From Polyangiaceae bacterium (GTDB lineage Bacteria > Myxococcota_A > Polyangia > Polyangiales > Polyangiaceae), in the NCBI GenBank assembly GCA_033763455.1, contig JANRKO010000033.1, positions 96,001-160,000 on the forward strand: a stretch of DNA of 64,000 nt, read 5' to 3'. Below, one piece after another: positions 46,107 through 55,626 of this stretch. The translations under genes were made by a program, and so were the position numbers. How positions within the stretch are numbered: position 1 is the first letter of the stretch; every line of letters begins with the position of its first letter. The notes under the pieces were generated by a model that had not been told where the DNA came from, did not search any database, and saw only the letters and a program-made list of their open reading frames with translations.

Positions 46107-46321
46107 AGCTTACTAGTGTGTCCCGGCCCGTGATACTGGACCTGTCTTAAATGGCCAACCGCTCCAGAATCGTGGGCCGGGGGGTGCGAAGGTAGGTCGG
46201 AGTCTGCCTAAGCACTGGCGCGAAGATCGACAAAACGGCGGACAATCGCCCGAAGATTCTGCAGATTGCGCCGAGGTAGCGGTTTCCCCCGTATAGAATT
46301 GGCCCCTCCCGATCACCTCCC

Positions 46322-47131
46322 ATGTCCTCTTCGGCCTCCATCCGCCCCCTACGAGTGACGCACGTTGGGCCCAACGCCACAGCTGACGCAGAGGACCAGG
46401 TGGCGGTGGAAGCTCCCCTCCAGATCCGCGTATGTGACACTGAAGTGCACACCGTTTCGCTCACCATGCGCACCCCGGGAGATGATGCCGACCTAGCCGT
46501 AGGTTTCCTGTTTACCGAAGGCATTTTACGGCACCGTCACGATGCAGCAAACGTGCACCTCGCTGACAACGTCGCCGAAATTACTCTTCGTAAAGGTCTG
46601 AAGCTCGACCTCAAACGTCAGGAACGCCACTCCTACACCTCTTCGAGTTGCGGTGTTTGCGGTAAGACGTCGCTTGAGGCGCTCCGCATGGATGCCCCAC
46701 CCGGGCAACGGGATACGCTGCAGGTTTCCACGCGTTTTCTTTCGGGGCTTTCACTCGCTGCGCGGGAACGCCAAGCTGGCTTTCTGGCAACGGGCGGCCT
46801 GCACGCGTCGGCATTGTTTGGTATCAACGGCGATCACCTGCTGATTCGTGAGGACGTTGGGCGCCATAACGCACTCGACAAACTCATCGGCGCGGCCTTT
46901 CTCGCAGAACTTCTGCCCCTTTCCAGCCATGTCTTGTGGCTGAGTGGGCGCATCAGCTTCGAGCTGGTGCAGAAGGCGGCTATGGCGGGCATCCACATCA
47001 TCGTCGCGGTGGGCGCTCCCTCGACCTTGGCGGTCGACCTAGCTGTTGAGCACAACATGACGCTCATCGGCTTCCTGCGCGAAGAACGGTTCAACATCTA
47101 TTGTGGTGCAGCGCGCATACGCACGGAATGA
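46322..47131 (+). CDS. fdhD: Formate dehydrogenase accessory sulfurtransferase
   Basis: TMRTPG, GFLFTEG, SSCGVCGK, TGGLHA, EDVGRHNALDK, SGRISFELVQK. Confidence 0.95.
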   Translation: MSSSASIRPLRVTHVGPNATADAEDQVAVEAPLQIRVCDTEVHTVSLTMRTPGDDADLAVGFLFTEGILRHRHDAANVHLADNVAEITLRKGLKLDLKRQERHSYTSSSCGVCGKTSLEALRMDAPPGQRDTLQVSTRFLSGLSLAARERQAGFLATGGLHASALFGINGDHLLIREDVGRHNALDKLIGAAFLAELLPLSSHVLWLSGRISFELVQKAAMAGIHIIVAVGAPSTLAVDLAVEHNMTLIGFLREERFNIYCGAARIRTE

Positions 47132-49473
47132 TCCACCGCTCTTCCACGCAAAAGCCTGCAATGACTCGCCTCACACCCGATCCCAATCCGCTCAACCCCG
47201 AAGTGGTTGGCCCCGTAAAGGCTTCGGCACCACCCAAGAGTGCTGCCGGCACGACGGCCGTTCTGTCGAGCGTAGGTCACGTGGTGGGAGCTATGAGTGT
47301 GGTTCGAGGTGTGAAGGTGCTACGCACACTCAACCAAAAAACGGGGTTTGATTGCCCGGGGTGCGCGTGGCCTGATCCCGACGGCGCTCGCTCGCGCTTA
47401 GGCGAGTTTTGCGAGAATGGGGTGAAGGCGATAGCAGAGGAGGCCACCGAAAAACGCATCGGTGAGCGCTTTTTTCGTGAGCATTCGGTGCACGCACTTG
47501 CCGAGCTTGACGACTACCAGATCGGCAAACAAGGCCGAATCGTTGAGCCCATGTATCTGCCGCCGAATGGCACTCACTACGAGCCTATAACTTGGGATGC
47601 AGCGTTCGAAAAGATCGGCACACACCTAAATAGCCTGGCGTCGCCGGATGAAGCCGTGTTCTATACTTCCGGCCGAACGAGTAACGAAGCAGCGTTCTTG
47701 TATCAGCTCTTCGTTCGTGAATTTGGCACCAACAACCTGCCAGATTGTTCCAACATGTGCCACGAATCGAGCGGTGTTGCGCTCAAGGAAACACTCGGCA
47801 CGGGCAAAGGCACGGTTACCCTTGAGGACTTTGACCACGCCGAGGTCATTCTGATCTTGGGTCAGAACCCAGGCACCAATCACCCGCGCATGCTCACCGC
47901 GCTTGAACGAGCCAAAGAGCGGGGCGCTACGATCATCTCAGTGAATCCGTTGCGCGAAGTCGGCCTGATGCGTTTCTCGAACCCACAGACCATGAAGGGT
48001 GCTCTCGGTCTGAGTACTGAGCTCACCGACATCTTCCTCCCGGTCAAAATCAACGGAGATTTAGCGCTCATCTTAGCAATCGAGGCGCTTTTGCTAGAAG
48101 CCGATGAAGCGCAGGGTGGCCAAGTGTTCGATCACGAGTTCATCTCCGCCCATACCTCGGGCTACGCCGAATTCGTAAGGCACCTAAAAGGGCAGAAGCC
48201 TTTCGAGCTCTCGAAAAGCGCTGGCGTATCGTTGGAACTGATCCGGCAGACGGCAAGCGTGTTGACCGCCAAACACAGGATTATTGCGTGTTGGGCGATG
48301 GGGCTCACCCAACACAAAAATTCCGTAGCCACCATTCAAGAAGTGGTCAATCTGCTTTTACTGAAAGGGAGCCTGGGAAAGCCTGGAGCGGGTGTGTGCC
48401 CTGTGCGCGGACACAGCAATGTGCAGGGTGATCGCACCATGGGCATTGATGAGGCTCCGTCGGCTGCTTTTCTCGATAAGCTTGAATCCGTGTTTCAATT
48501 CAAGGTTCCACGGCGCCCAGGGCTCGATGTGGTGAACAGCATTCAGGCCATGCACACGGGCCAGGCGAAAATCTTCTTCGCAATGGGTGGCAATTTCCTC
48601 TCTGCCACTCCCGACACGCTCTTTACCGCCGAAGCGCTCCGGCGTTGCCAATTAACTGTGCAGGTGTCCACCAAGCTCAACCGGAGCCACCTCGTTCACG
48701 GCCGAGAAGCGCTCATTTTGCCCTGCTTGGGCCGAACAGAGCGAGACCTTCAGAATGGGGAAGAGCAGTTTGTTTCGTGTGAGAATTCGATGAGTGTGGT
48801 GCAAATGTCCCAAGGCAATCTGAACCCCGCATCCACGCAGCTTCTCAGCGAGCCTGCAATTGTGTGCCGGCTAGCGCAGGCCACCTTAGGTACACGTTCA
48901 AAGCAAGACTGGGCGGGTTACGCCCGAAGCTATGACGCCATCCGTGAGGCCATCGCCGCCACAATCCCAGGGTTCGACCGCTACAACGAACGCGTCCGAA
49001 TTCCGGGCGGGTTCTACCTTACCAACGCTGCACGCGAACTGAAATTTAGCTCTGCGTCGGGTCGAGCGCAGTTCACATGTTCACCCGTAACCGAGCTTAA
49101 GCTCGCGGAAGGGGAGCTCTTGATGATGACCATTCGCAGCCACGACCAATTCAATACCACCATCTACGGGCTGGACGATCGCTACCGTGGCATCAAGAAC
49201 GGGCGGCGAGTAATCTTCATGAACACGAGAGATATTGCCGCGGCTCACCTAAACTCTGGGGACACCGTAGATCTTCATAACCACCACGGCGGGAAACATC
49301 GGGTCGCCAGGAACTTCATGGTGGTGGCTTTCGACATCCCAGAGCGCTGCGTCGCGACGTATTTTCCTGAAACGAACGTACTTGTGCCCCTCGAAAGCAC
49401 TGCCGACAAGAGCAACACACCGACCTCGAAAACGGTCGTAATCAGCATTACCCCCACATCAGGTCCCAGCTAA
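47128..49473 (+). CDS. FdhF/YdeP-family molybdopterin oxidoreductase
   Basis: GFDCPGCAWPD, EFCENG, FYTSGRTSNE, NNLPDCSNMCHE, RGHSNVQGDRT, TIRSHDQFNTT; ATGA overlap with fdhD. Confidence 0.92.
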   Translation: MIHRSSTQKPAMTRLTPDPNPLNPEVVGPVKASAPPKSAAGTTAVLSSVGHVVGAMSVVRGVKVLRTLNQKTGFDCPGCAWPDPDGARSRLGEFCENGVKAIAEEATEKRIGERFFREHSVHALAELDDYQIGKQGRIVEPMYLPPNGTHYEPITWDAAFEKIGTHLNSLASPDEAVFYTSGRTSNEAAFLYQLFVREFGTNNLPDCSNMCHESSGVALKETLGTGKGTVTLEDFDHAEVILILGQNPGTNHPRMLTALERAKERGATIISVNPLREVGLMRFSNPQTMKGALGLSTELTDIFLPVKINGDLALILAIEALLLEADEAQGGQVFDHEFISAHTSGYAEFVRHLKGQKPFELSKSAGVSLELIRQTASVLTAKHRIIACWAMGLTQHKNSVATIQEVVNLLLLKGSLGKPGAGVCPVRGHSNVQGDRTMGIDEAPSAAFLDKLESVFQFKVPRRPGLDVVNSIQAMHTGQAKIFFAMGGNFLSATPDTLFTAEALRRCQLTVQVSTKLNRSHLVHGREALILPCLGRTERDLQNGEEQFVSCENSMSVVQMSQGNLNPASTQLLSEPAIVCRLAQATLGTRSKQDWAGYARSYDAIREAIAATIPGFDRYNERVRIPGGFYLTNAARELKFSSASGRAQFTCSPVTELKLAEGELLMMTIRSHDQFNTTIYGLDDRYRGIKNGRRVIFMNTRDIAAAHLNSGDTVDLHNHHGGKHRVARNFMVVAFDIPERCVATYFPETNVLVPLESTADKSNTPTSKTVVISITPTSGPS

Positions 49474-50027
49474 GGCGCTGGAAACAACCGAACGCTGGCG
49501 ATGATCTCCTTGGGGAGCGCGGGGCTTGACCAGGCGTAACTGATGCTCGCCGTGCCAGCTAAGTTGGATAGCCGTGCCTCAATCCGATGGCGTCCCTTTG
49601 TTAACGTCGCGGTGGTGGAACTCCCTTCACCGGTCTCTCCGAACAGCACATTGCCCCCAATTGAGAGCGGGCAGGTGTCGTCGCATGACGCCAGGATCGT
49701 ATACGTGTCGTCAAAAGGGACCTCCACTTCACCAGTCCAACGCGCTGAAAACGTCTCGCCCAGGCCAAGCACCGGCATGCCAAGGGCCCAAGTCAGGTTC
49801 AGTAGCGGGTCCACACGTACGGCAACAGGGGTGCCCGTCCAATCCAACGACGCAAAGTACTCGCCCTTGAGCCCATGAATGGGAGCCGCGGGAGGGGTGG
49901 TGTTCGTGGCAGTCGGTGCAGCCATCTCCGGTGGAAATTCGCCGATGGAGGCGTGCTCACTACACCCAGAAACGAGCGAAGCCATGAGCGCGAGATTCAG
50001 AGAAAAACGGGTCATATCCTTGTTCAC
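49470..50027 (-). CDS. PA14-domain lipoprotein
   Basis: Lipobox LVSGC; GLKGEYF..RVDP..FSARWTG..DD. Confidence 0.8.
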   Translation of the reverse strand: MNKDMTRFSLNLALMASLVSGCSEHASIGEFPPEMAAPTATNTTPPAAPIHGLKGEYFASLDWTGTPVAVRVDPLLNLTWALGMPVLGLGETFSARWTGEVEVPFDDTYTILASCDDTCPLSIGGNVLFGETGEGSSTTATLTKGRHRIEARLSNLAGTASISYAWSSPALPKEIIASVRLFPAP

Positions 50028-51103
50028 CTCAGGATGGCCGTAACGCCAAGCGACGCTGAGACTCCAAACGCCGGAAACATCTGGCTTGCACCAAGCGATC
50101 CATCGGCCGAGGCAACTTCCAGCACCGGGCGCGTCAAAGCCACGGAGCCTCCACCATCCGCGTGTAGCGCGAGATACGAGCCAACCGGCATTTCGAGCAG
50201 TAATCGAGCCTGAAAGACCGACCAGAAGAAAGTCACACTCTTCGCACGCACAAGACCGAGCCCTGCCACTTGGGCCGAGCCAAACAAGAACCCTGTAGCT
50301 GCTCCGGCGCCCAGTGGGCCCAAGTCCCAGCTTTTCTCGAGATCCGCTCGCCCCGCAAAGACAGCACCACTAGCGGCTGCCTTCCCCACAGCAAACCTAT
50401 TGGGCGCCGTCGCCACAAACCCAAGCCCCGGCGATAGGCCTCGCTCAAGGCGAACGCGCGCAGTTATCTCAGCTCCCAGTGCGGCACCAGGTAAAAGATT
50501 GTGCGTGGAGAATACGGCAGCGGTTAGCGACCCTTTGCGCTCCGCCCTGCGCGCCGAAGGGCCCGCATCCTTCGGCGCGTTCGCTGATGGTTGCAAGGGC
50601 GCACCCACGCGCCCGGCTCTGCCCGGGTTTGGCGGCACCGACGCAGTTGGCTTGGATGGGCCCTGTGCAGTTGGCTTCGATGAACCATCGGACGGGGCAT
50701 CTCCAGCGACGGCGCGTTCACTCACACTCGCGTCGATGGAAACAGCGATCGAAAAGCTCAGAACATCCAGCACGGATTCGCAGTTGGCAGTGAGCGATCC
50801 AAAACGCCTCACCGCAACCATCTCGCCGTCGGAAAACACTACAAACGACAGCATTCGCCCCTTAGGGCTCTCGCCTCCTTCAACCACGATGGAAAGGCGC
50901 CGGTCAACGCTATCGGTGCGCAACCAGCGTTGAACACGCGCCGCCACTTCGGAAGCCTGCACACAATCGCCCTCGTAGCGAACAGTGAGAGCTGACGCCA
51001 CGGTTCTGGCCGGCAGCTCCGCGGTATCCTCAGCGTGAGCCTGACGCACGAAGCCAAGCTCAGCTACCACAGCAAGCCACAGATAACGTTCCAACCAATT
51101 CAT
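50024..51103 (-). CDS. Hypothetical secreted protein with C-terminal amphipathic beta-strands (possible outer-membrane barrel)
   Basis: Signal peptide ending AHA; N-terminal Cys pair; Pro-rich linker; alternating-residue strands ending FGVSASLGVTAILR. Confidence 0.55.
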   Translation of the reverse strand: MNWLERYLWLAVVAELGFVRQAHAEDTAELPARTVASALTVRYEGDCVQASEVAARVQRWLRTDSVDRRLSIVVEGGESPKGRMLSFVVFSDGEMVAVRRFGSLTANCESVLDVLSFSIAVSIDASVSERAVAGDAPSDGSSKPTAQGPSKPTASVPPNPGRAGRVGAPLQPSANAPKDAGPSARRAERKGSLTAAVFSTHNLLPGAALGAEITARVRLERGLSPGLGFVATAPNRFAVGKAAASGAVFAGRADLEKSWDLGPLGAGAATGFLFGSAQVAGLGLVRAKSVTFFWSVFQARLLLEMPVGSYLALHADGGGSVALTRPVLEVASADGSLGASQMFPAFGVSASLGVTAILR

Positions 51104-51136
51104 AGGGCCGCAGGGATCGCGACCGGCAGGGTGAAG

Positions 51137-52204
51137 TTACCTAGAGGGGCTGGCCGCGACATGCTCAAGAATACCGCGTACCTTAGCGCTGAATGGCCCG
51201 TCGGGAAACTTGGCGAGAAATCGCGCTGCGCGCCGGCTGACTTCGCCGCTACGCCCGAGCTTTTCTAATGCAAACACCGCGAGGGCTTCCCGCTCCTCGC
51301 GGAGAGCTCCATTGGGAAACTTAACGCGACTTTCGTCCGCCAGAGCCAAGGCACGTGCGGGGTTCCGAGATAGCTCACGCCGCACTTCCGCGAGCGCGTT
51401 GAGTTCGCTGCGAAGCCTATCTTCAAGTGCCGCACTTTGCGGCTTCTTGGGCGTCGCCAGAGGCTGACGTTCAGGTTCAAGAATGGCGACGACTTCACCC
51501 GTTGCCGAGGGAACCATTGGCGCAGCGACTGAGGAGGCGACGGGTGGAACGTCCGCGACCGGTAGAGAACTACGGCAGCTCACATTTAAGCTCTGCCCCG
51601 TCTGCAGCCGACGCTCAGGAATGCAGCTCCCCGTAACCACTACACTGCCCTCGTGGAGATCTACCGAAAGCTTCCCACTCGGTTCATCCCAGCGCACCGA
51701 GAAACGAGTGCCGGTAACTGCCACTCGAAACGGACCTGCGCTCACACTCCAGGATGTATCGCTGCGGTGCTGAATGGATGCCTCAACGAAACCCTGAAGC
51801 AAGTCCACGCGCGCTCCACGCGGTGTGACATCTGCTATTGCGCAGCGGGTTCCAGGGGCCGCAAAGATCTCACTGCCATCGGAAAACGCCAACCTCTGCT
51901 GCTTGACGTTGCTAACCGAGAGAGCTCCGGCCACAGCAGACACTCCATCTACCGTGAAGCTCAACGGCTTTGGCGAGGGGAGCAGCAAAGCCACTGCCGC
52001 GACAGCGGTAGCGAGGGCGGCAGGAAACCAAACCCAGCTGAGTGAACGTTTTGCCGCTACCGGGCGGCGAAAGCCCTCCCGTGCGAGGCGGGCGCCAACA
52101 CGCCATACCTGATCGCGCTCCGACGCCCAAGCAGCTAAATCTCCCCGAAGATCCCGGCCTAGACGCTCCATCATGAGCGTGGAATTCTGCTCAGCCTCGG
52201 TCAT
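51137..52204 (-). CDS. FecR-domain anti-sigma factor with C-terminal TPR-like helices
   Basis: TM helix; FSDGSEI, VDLLQG, VAVTGTRFSV, DLHEGSVVV; FPNGALREEREAL. Confidence 0.8.
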   Translation of the reverse strand: MTEAEQNSTLMMERLGRDLRGDLAAWASERDQVWRVGARLAREGFRRPVAAKRSLSWVWFPAALATAVAAVALLLPSPKPLSFTVDGVSAVAGALSVSNVKQQRLAFSDGSEIFAAPGTRCAIADVTPRGARVDLLQGFVEASIQHRSDTSWSVSAGPFRVAVTGTRFSVRWDEPSGKLSVDLHEGSVVVTGSCIPERRLQTGQSLNVSCRSSLPVADVPPVASSVAAPMVPSATGEVVAILEPERQPLATPKKPQSAALEDRLRSELNALAEVRRELSRNPARALALADESRVKFPNGALREEREALAVFALEKLGRSGEVSRRAARFLAKFPDGPFSAKVRGILEHVAASPSR

Positions 52205-52878
52205 GCACCCTCCTTCAGCCAGTCACCCAACAAGGGTTCACGCTTGGCATACTTGAAAAAGCGCTGTTGAGCGCGAGTGATTCGATGTTTGGTGGTTGCT
52301 TCCGGGGCGCCACAGGCTTCGGCCACCTCTTTCAGGCTCAGGCCCTCGATGTAGCGCAGAGAGAAAGCTATGCGTTCATCGGTCGGAAGTTTTTCAAGCA
52401 CCTTGAAGGCGGTGCGCAGCGCCACGCTTACCTGCTGAGAAGGTTCCGCGGCGGGCACAGGCACTTCCTCGGTGCTCAGGAACCCGAGAAGGTTGCGACG
52501 ACGGCGCCGCTTAATGAAACTACGCGCACTGAACACAGCAATGCTGGTTAACCAGCCCTTCAATGCTGCGGGATTCTTCAGACCGCTGATGCCCTCGATC
52601 GCGGAAATAAATACGTCGTGCAGAAGATCCGCCACTTCGCGTTCTCTGCCCAGCGTGTGCAGGAGGATCCGATGGACGTGGCTGCCATACCGGTCGTAAA
52701 GCTCCTTCTTGGCGCTCAGCTCCCCTGCAACGAGGCTCTCCACCAGGCGCGCCTCCGCCGACACAACCTCCTGTACTCCCGACACTTCGCGCCCGAGCTC
52801 GCGATCCGCCAAAGGCTCCGCCGAAACGGAAACCTCCGTGCGCAAATCTGTTGAGGGTGAGGGCACAAGAGACGACAT
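52201..52878 (-). CDS. ECF sigma factor (sigma70 group 4)
   Basis: ELYDRY, DLLHDVF, WLTSIA; region 4 LPTDERIAFSLRYIEGLSLKEVAE; ATG 52878 chosen as start. Confidence 0.9.
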   Translation of the reverse strand: MSSLVPSPSTDLRTEVSVSAEPLADRELGREVSGVQEVVSAEARLVESLVAGELSAKKELYDRYGSHVHRILLHTLGREREVADLLHDVFISAIEGISGLKNPAALKGWLTSIAVFSARSFIKRRRRRNLLGFLSTEEVPVPAAEPSQQVSVALRTAFKVLEKLPTDERIAFSLRYIEGLSLKEVAEACGAPEATTKHRITRAQQRFFKYAKREPLLGDWLKEGA

Positions 52879-53272
52879 CAGCTTCTCAGCGAAGTCCCGC
52901 TGAGGGATGAGGCCCAAGCGGGAGCTCAAGCCTAGCACCGGGGTAGCCCCCGTCGCGATGGTGCGCGCCTTTCCGCCAAGTGCCCAGCCGCCCGGCAGCG
53001 GCAGCCCACTACCCCACGCCCACATTGGAGCGGAGTGTATTCGCGGCGGGCAAGCGACCAATTGCATCAAGGTGGACTAGAGTTTTCCAAACCCTCGGAG
53101 CGGTCCTTTCCACATTGACCCACTGGTTTGCGCAGCCCTGTTTTGAGCTAAATCGGCAAACTTTGCCGGGGAAACGCGAGTTTCACGGAACCTGATCGCA
53201 ACCCGCGCTCAACACCCGTGTCAGGAAACGCTCGTTGGGCGTCGCGAAATGCAAAATAGCTAGCGAATTGCT

Positions 53273-53821
53273 TCAGCCACCCATGAAGTCGCGCTGAGTC
53301 GCCAAGCTCACCAGCGGGATCCCGGCCGCACGGATGTTCTCCGCCCCGCCTTCTAACCTGTCCACCAGCGCAACAATGCCGACCACTTCGACGCCGGCGG
53401 CACGCAATGTCTCCACAGCTTTCAGACTGGAGCCGCCAGTTGTGACCACGTCTTCAAGCAGCGCAACGCGAAGACCTGGACGCACGGATTTGTCGCCCTC
53501 CACTAGCTTGGCTGTGCCGTGATCTTTTTGTTGTTTGCGGACATAAAGCGCATTGAGCGGCCGCCCCTTTTGAAAGCTCACCAAAGCCACGGCACTTGCC
53601 AGGGGGCAACCCCCAAGCTCGACGCCAGCCACGGCGTCGCACGCTGGAAGCTCAGATAGCAAATCCAGCATGAGCTCACCCACGAGCGCATGCCCTTCAG
53701 CGGTCAAGATCGTCTGCTTGCAGTCGATGAAGAAGTCACTTTCGCGCCCGGATGCCAGCTTCACACGTCGGCGTTCAAAACTGAGGTCACGCAACAACTG
53801 AATCAAACGATCTCGCTTCAC
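53273..53821 (-). CDS. pyrE: Orotate phosphoribosyltransferase
   Basis: LASGRESDFFIDCK, VRKQQKDHGT, LLEDVVTTGGS, LVDRLEG. Confidence 0.95.
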   Translation of the reverse strand: MKRDRLIQLLRDLSFERRRVKLASGRESDFFIDCKQTILTAEGHALVGELMLDLLSELPACDAVAGVELGGCPLASAVALVSFQKGRPLNALYVRKQQKDHGTAKLVEGDKSVRPGLRVALLEDVVTTGGSSLKAVETLRAAGVEVVGIVALVDRLEGGAENIRAAGIPLVSLATQRDFMGG

Positions 53822-54462
53822 TACTTCTTTCCTTTTTTCTTGGCCTTTACGCCTTTTCCTAGAGTCGGGAGTTGGGGTGGCGGTGGGCGGCGTCGCGACG
53901 GCTCTGGGCGTGGGGTTATTGGACCTTCGTCGTCTTCGCTGTCGTCCTCTGGGCGAAACGCAGCGGGCGCGATGGGCGTTGGACGTCGAGGTGTTACCAC
54001 CTCCTGATCGGCAACATCACCGCTCTGCAGAAGTGAACGCGAGCGAACTTCTATGGGCGCAACGGCAGACGCCACGTTAGATTCCGGACTTATGCCCCGT
54101 GCGCGTGTTCCACGCCGAACGGCCAACGAGCTCTCTCCGGCTGTCCGCACTTCTCCTTTGACCCAAGCCCCAACAGCGACGCTTACGCTGGGCGCCATGA
54201 GATCTCCCACGACACGGCCCTCCGATTCGATGGCAACAAGCTCGGTGCCCTTCAGATTGCCTTCGACAGAACCCGCCACCACCACACGGCTCCCGCTCAC
54301 GGTGCCGAGCACAGAACCCGCCTGTGCAACGGTGACCTCGCCCTCGGAGCTGATGTTGCCTTCAATGCGTCCCAAGATCTCGAGGGCGTGGGAAGATTGA
54401 ACGTCCCCACGGATTACCGTATCGGCGCCAATGACTGTCAATGAGGCTACTACCACCGTCAA
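53821..54462 (-). CDS. Bactofilin with Pro-rich, Lys-tipped C-terminal tail (BacP-like)
   Basis: Beta-helix repeats IRGDV, IEGNI, VEGNL, VVGDL; disordered tail ending PPPPQLPTLGKGVKAKKKGKK. Confidence 0.85.
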   Translation of the reverse strand: MTVVVASLTVIGADTVIRGDVQSSHALEILGRIEGNISSEGEVTVAQAGSVLGTVSGSRVVVAGSVEGNLKGTELVAIESEGRVVGDLMAPSVSVAVGAWVKGEVRTAGESSLAVRRGTRARGISPESNVASAVAPIEVRSRSLLQSGDVADQEVVTPRRPTPIAPAAFRPEDDSEDDEGPITPRPEPSRRRPPPPQLPTLGKGVKAKKKGKK

Positions 54463-54773
54463 ACCCCCATATCCACGGCACCCTTGAAGGTGGCGCCGTC
54501 AGCAATGGTGAGACGCGCCGCTTTGACGTCTCCAATAAGCTTTCCGCCCGCCTGAAGATCCACCCGCTCAGTTGCTTGAACATCTCCCGTTAGCTGGCCC
54601 GCAATATTGAACTGGGTACCCACTACATCGGCCTCCACAAGGCCGGTAGCTGCAATCGAGACCACATCTGAGGCCTTGAGCTTGCCGCGAATAGTACCGT
54701 GCACCAAGAGCTCTTCCTCGGTGACCATTTCCCCCTCGATTATCAAGCCGTCGCCTAGAACTGTACCTGCCAT
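54459..54773 (-). CDS. Bactofilin (polymer-forming cytoskeletal protein)
   Basis: TVLGDGLIIEGEM, GTIRG, GDVKAARLTIADGATFKGAVDM. Confidence 0.9.
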   Translation of the reverse strand: MAGTVLGDGLIIEGEMVTEEELLVHGTIRGKLKASDVVSIAATGLVEADVVGTQFNIAGQLTGDVQATERVDLQAGGKLIGDVKAARLTIADGATFKGAVDMGV

Positions 54774-54781
54774 GCTGGAAC

Positions 54782-55144
54782 CTAACGCGCGCCGGGGGCG
54801 CCCTTCCCTGCTGTTTCACGAGCGGTGTCGAGCTTGACGGCGACACGCGCGCCGGCCTCGATGCTGATTTCGGAGCCCTTGAGTTCGCCACGCACGGTGG
54901 CCCCGGCGCGCACCAAGATCGCGCCCTCGGTCAGAGCATCGCCCAAAAGCGTACCTTCTACTTCGAGTGATTCGGCGCGAACGTTACCTTCTACGCTAGC
55001 GCCTTTCGCCACGAAAACCGGGCCCGTAACGGCAACGTCGCCGCGCAGGCTTCCCTCAATGCTGAGGCCTCCGCGTCCACTAACGCGGCCTGTCACCCGC
55101 GTGGCACGTCCCAAAACGCTGATGCTAGAGCCGTGACGAGCCAT
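54782..55144 (-). CDS. Bactofilin (polymer-forming cytoskeletal protein)
   Basis: SVLGRATRVTGRV, IEGSLRGDV, VEGNV, ISIEAGA; ATG 55144. Confidence 0.85.
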   Translation of the reverse strand: MARHGSSISVLGRATRVTGRVSGRGGLSIEGSLRGDVAVTGPVFVAKGASVEGNVRAESLEVEGTLLGDALTEGAILVRAGATVRGELKGSEISIEAGARVAVKLDTARETAGKGAPGAR

Positions 55145-55255
55145 AAGTGTTGGCCACGCTAATACACCCACCCCTCCGTGTCAGCACATCGTGAGGCTTC
55201 GAGGAGATGTGCAGTATTTCGGGGCCCACAAAGAGCTCAACAGCACGAAAACTCC

Positions 55256-55498
55256 CTAAACGGGCTCGCCGGGAAGTGCTCGATGGGGCCTAAGTACCTG
55301 GCGAAGCCGTTCTACATCGCTCGGCGCAACCAGCATCCAAGCAATCCAGTGGATTTCCGTCACGGCCTCGGCTCCCGTACCCCCGGTGGCCAGGTGTTCA
55401 CGCACCGCGAATTCGGCGAGATGCCGACTTTGATGCCTCGCTGTGCCTTCAGCGGTGCGCCCGCGAAAATCCCATATTAGGCGAATGCTTTCCGTCAT
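55256..55498 (-). CDS. Small hypothetical protein (80 aa)
   Basis: ATG start; occupies the gap; protein-like IRLIWDFRG..TARH...HL..LRPHR. Confidence 0.55.
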   Translation of the reverse strand: MTESIRLIWDFRGRTAEGTARHQSRHLAEFAVREHLATGGTGAEAVTEIHWIAWMLVAPSDVERLRQVLRPHRALPGEPV

Positions 55499-55626
55499 AG
55501 CTCAAGCCCTGGAACCCTACCCGAAGCTTCAGAAATCCACGAGTCACTTTGGCCCTGTCGCCGCGGCGCCCGTGTAGGCCGTATCGAATGCTTCCCAATG
55601 CTCCAATTGAGGGCTAAGCCCCGCCC

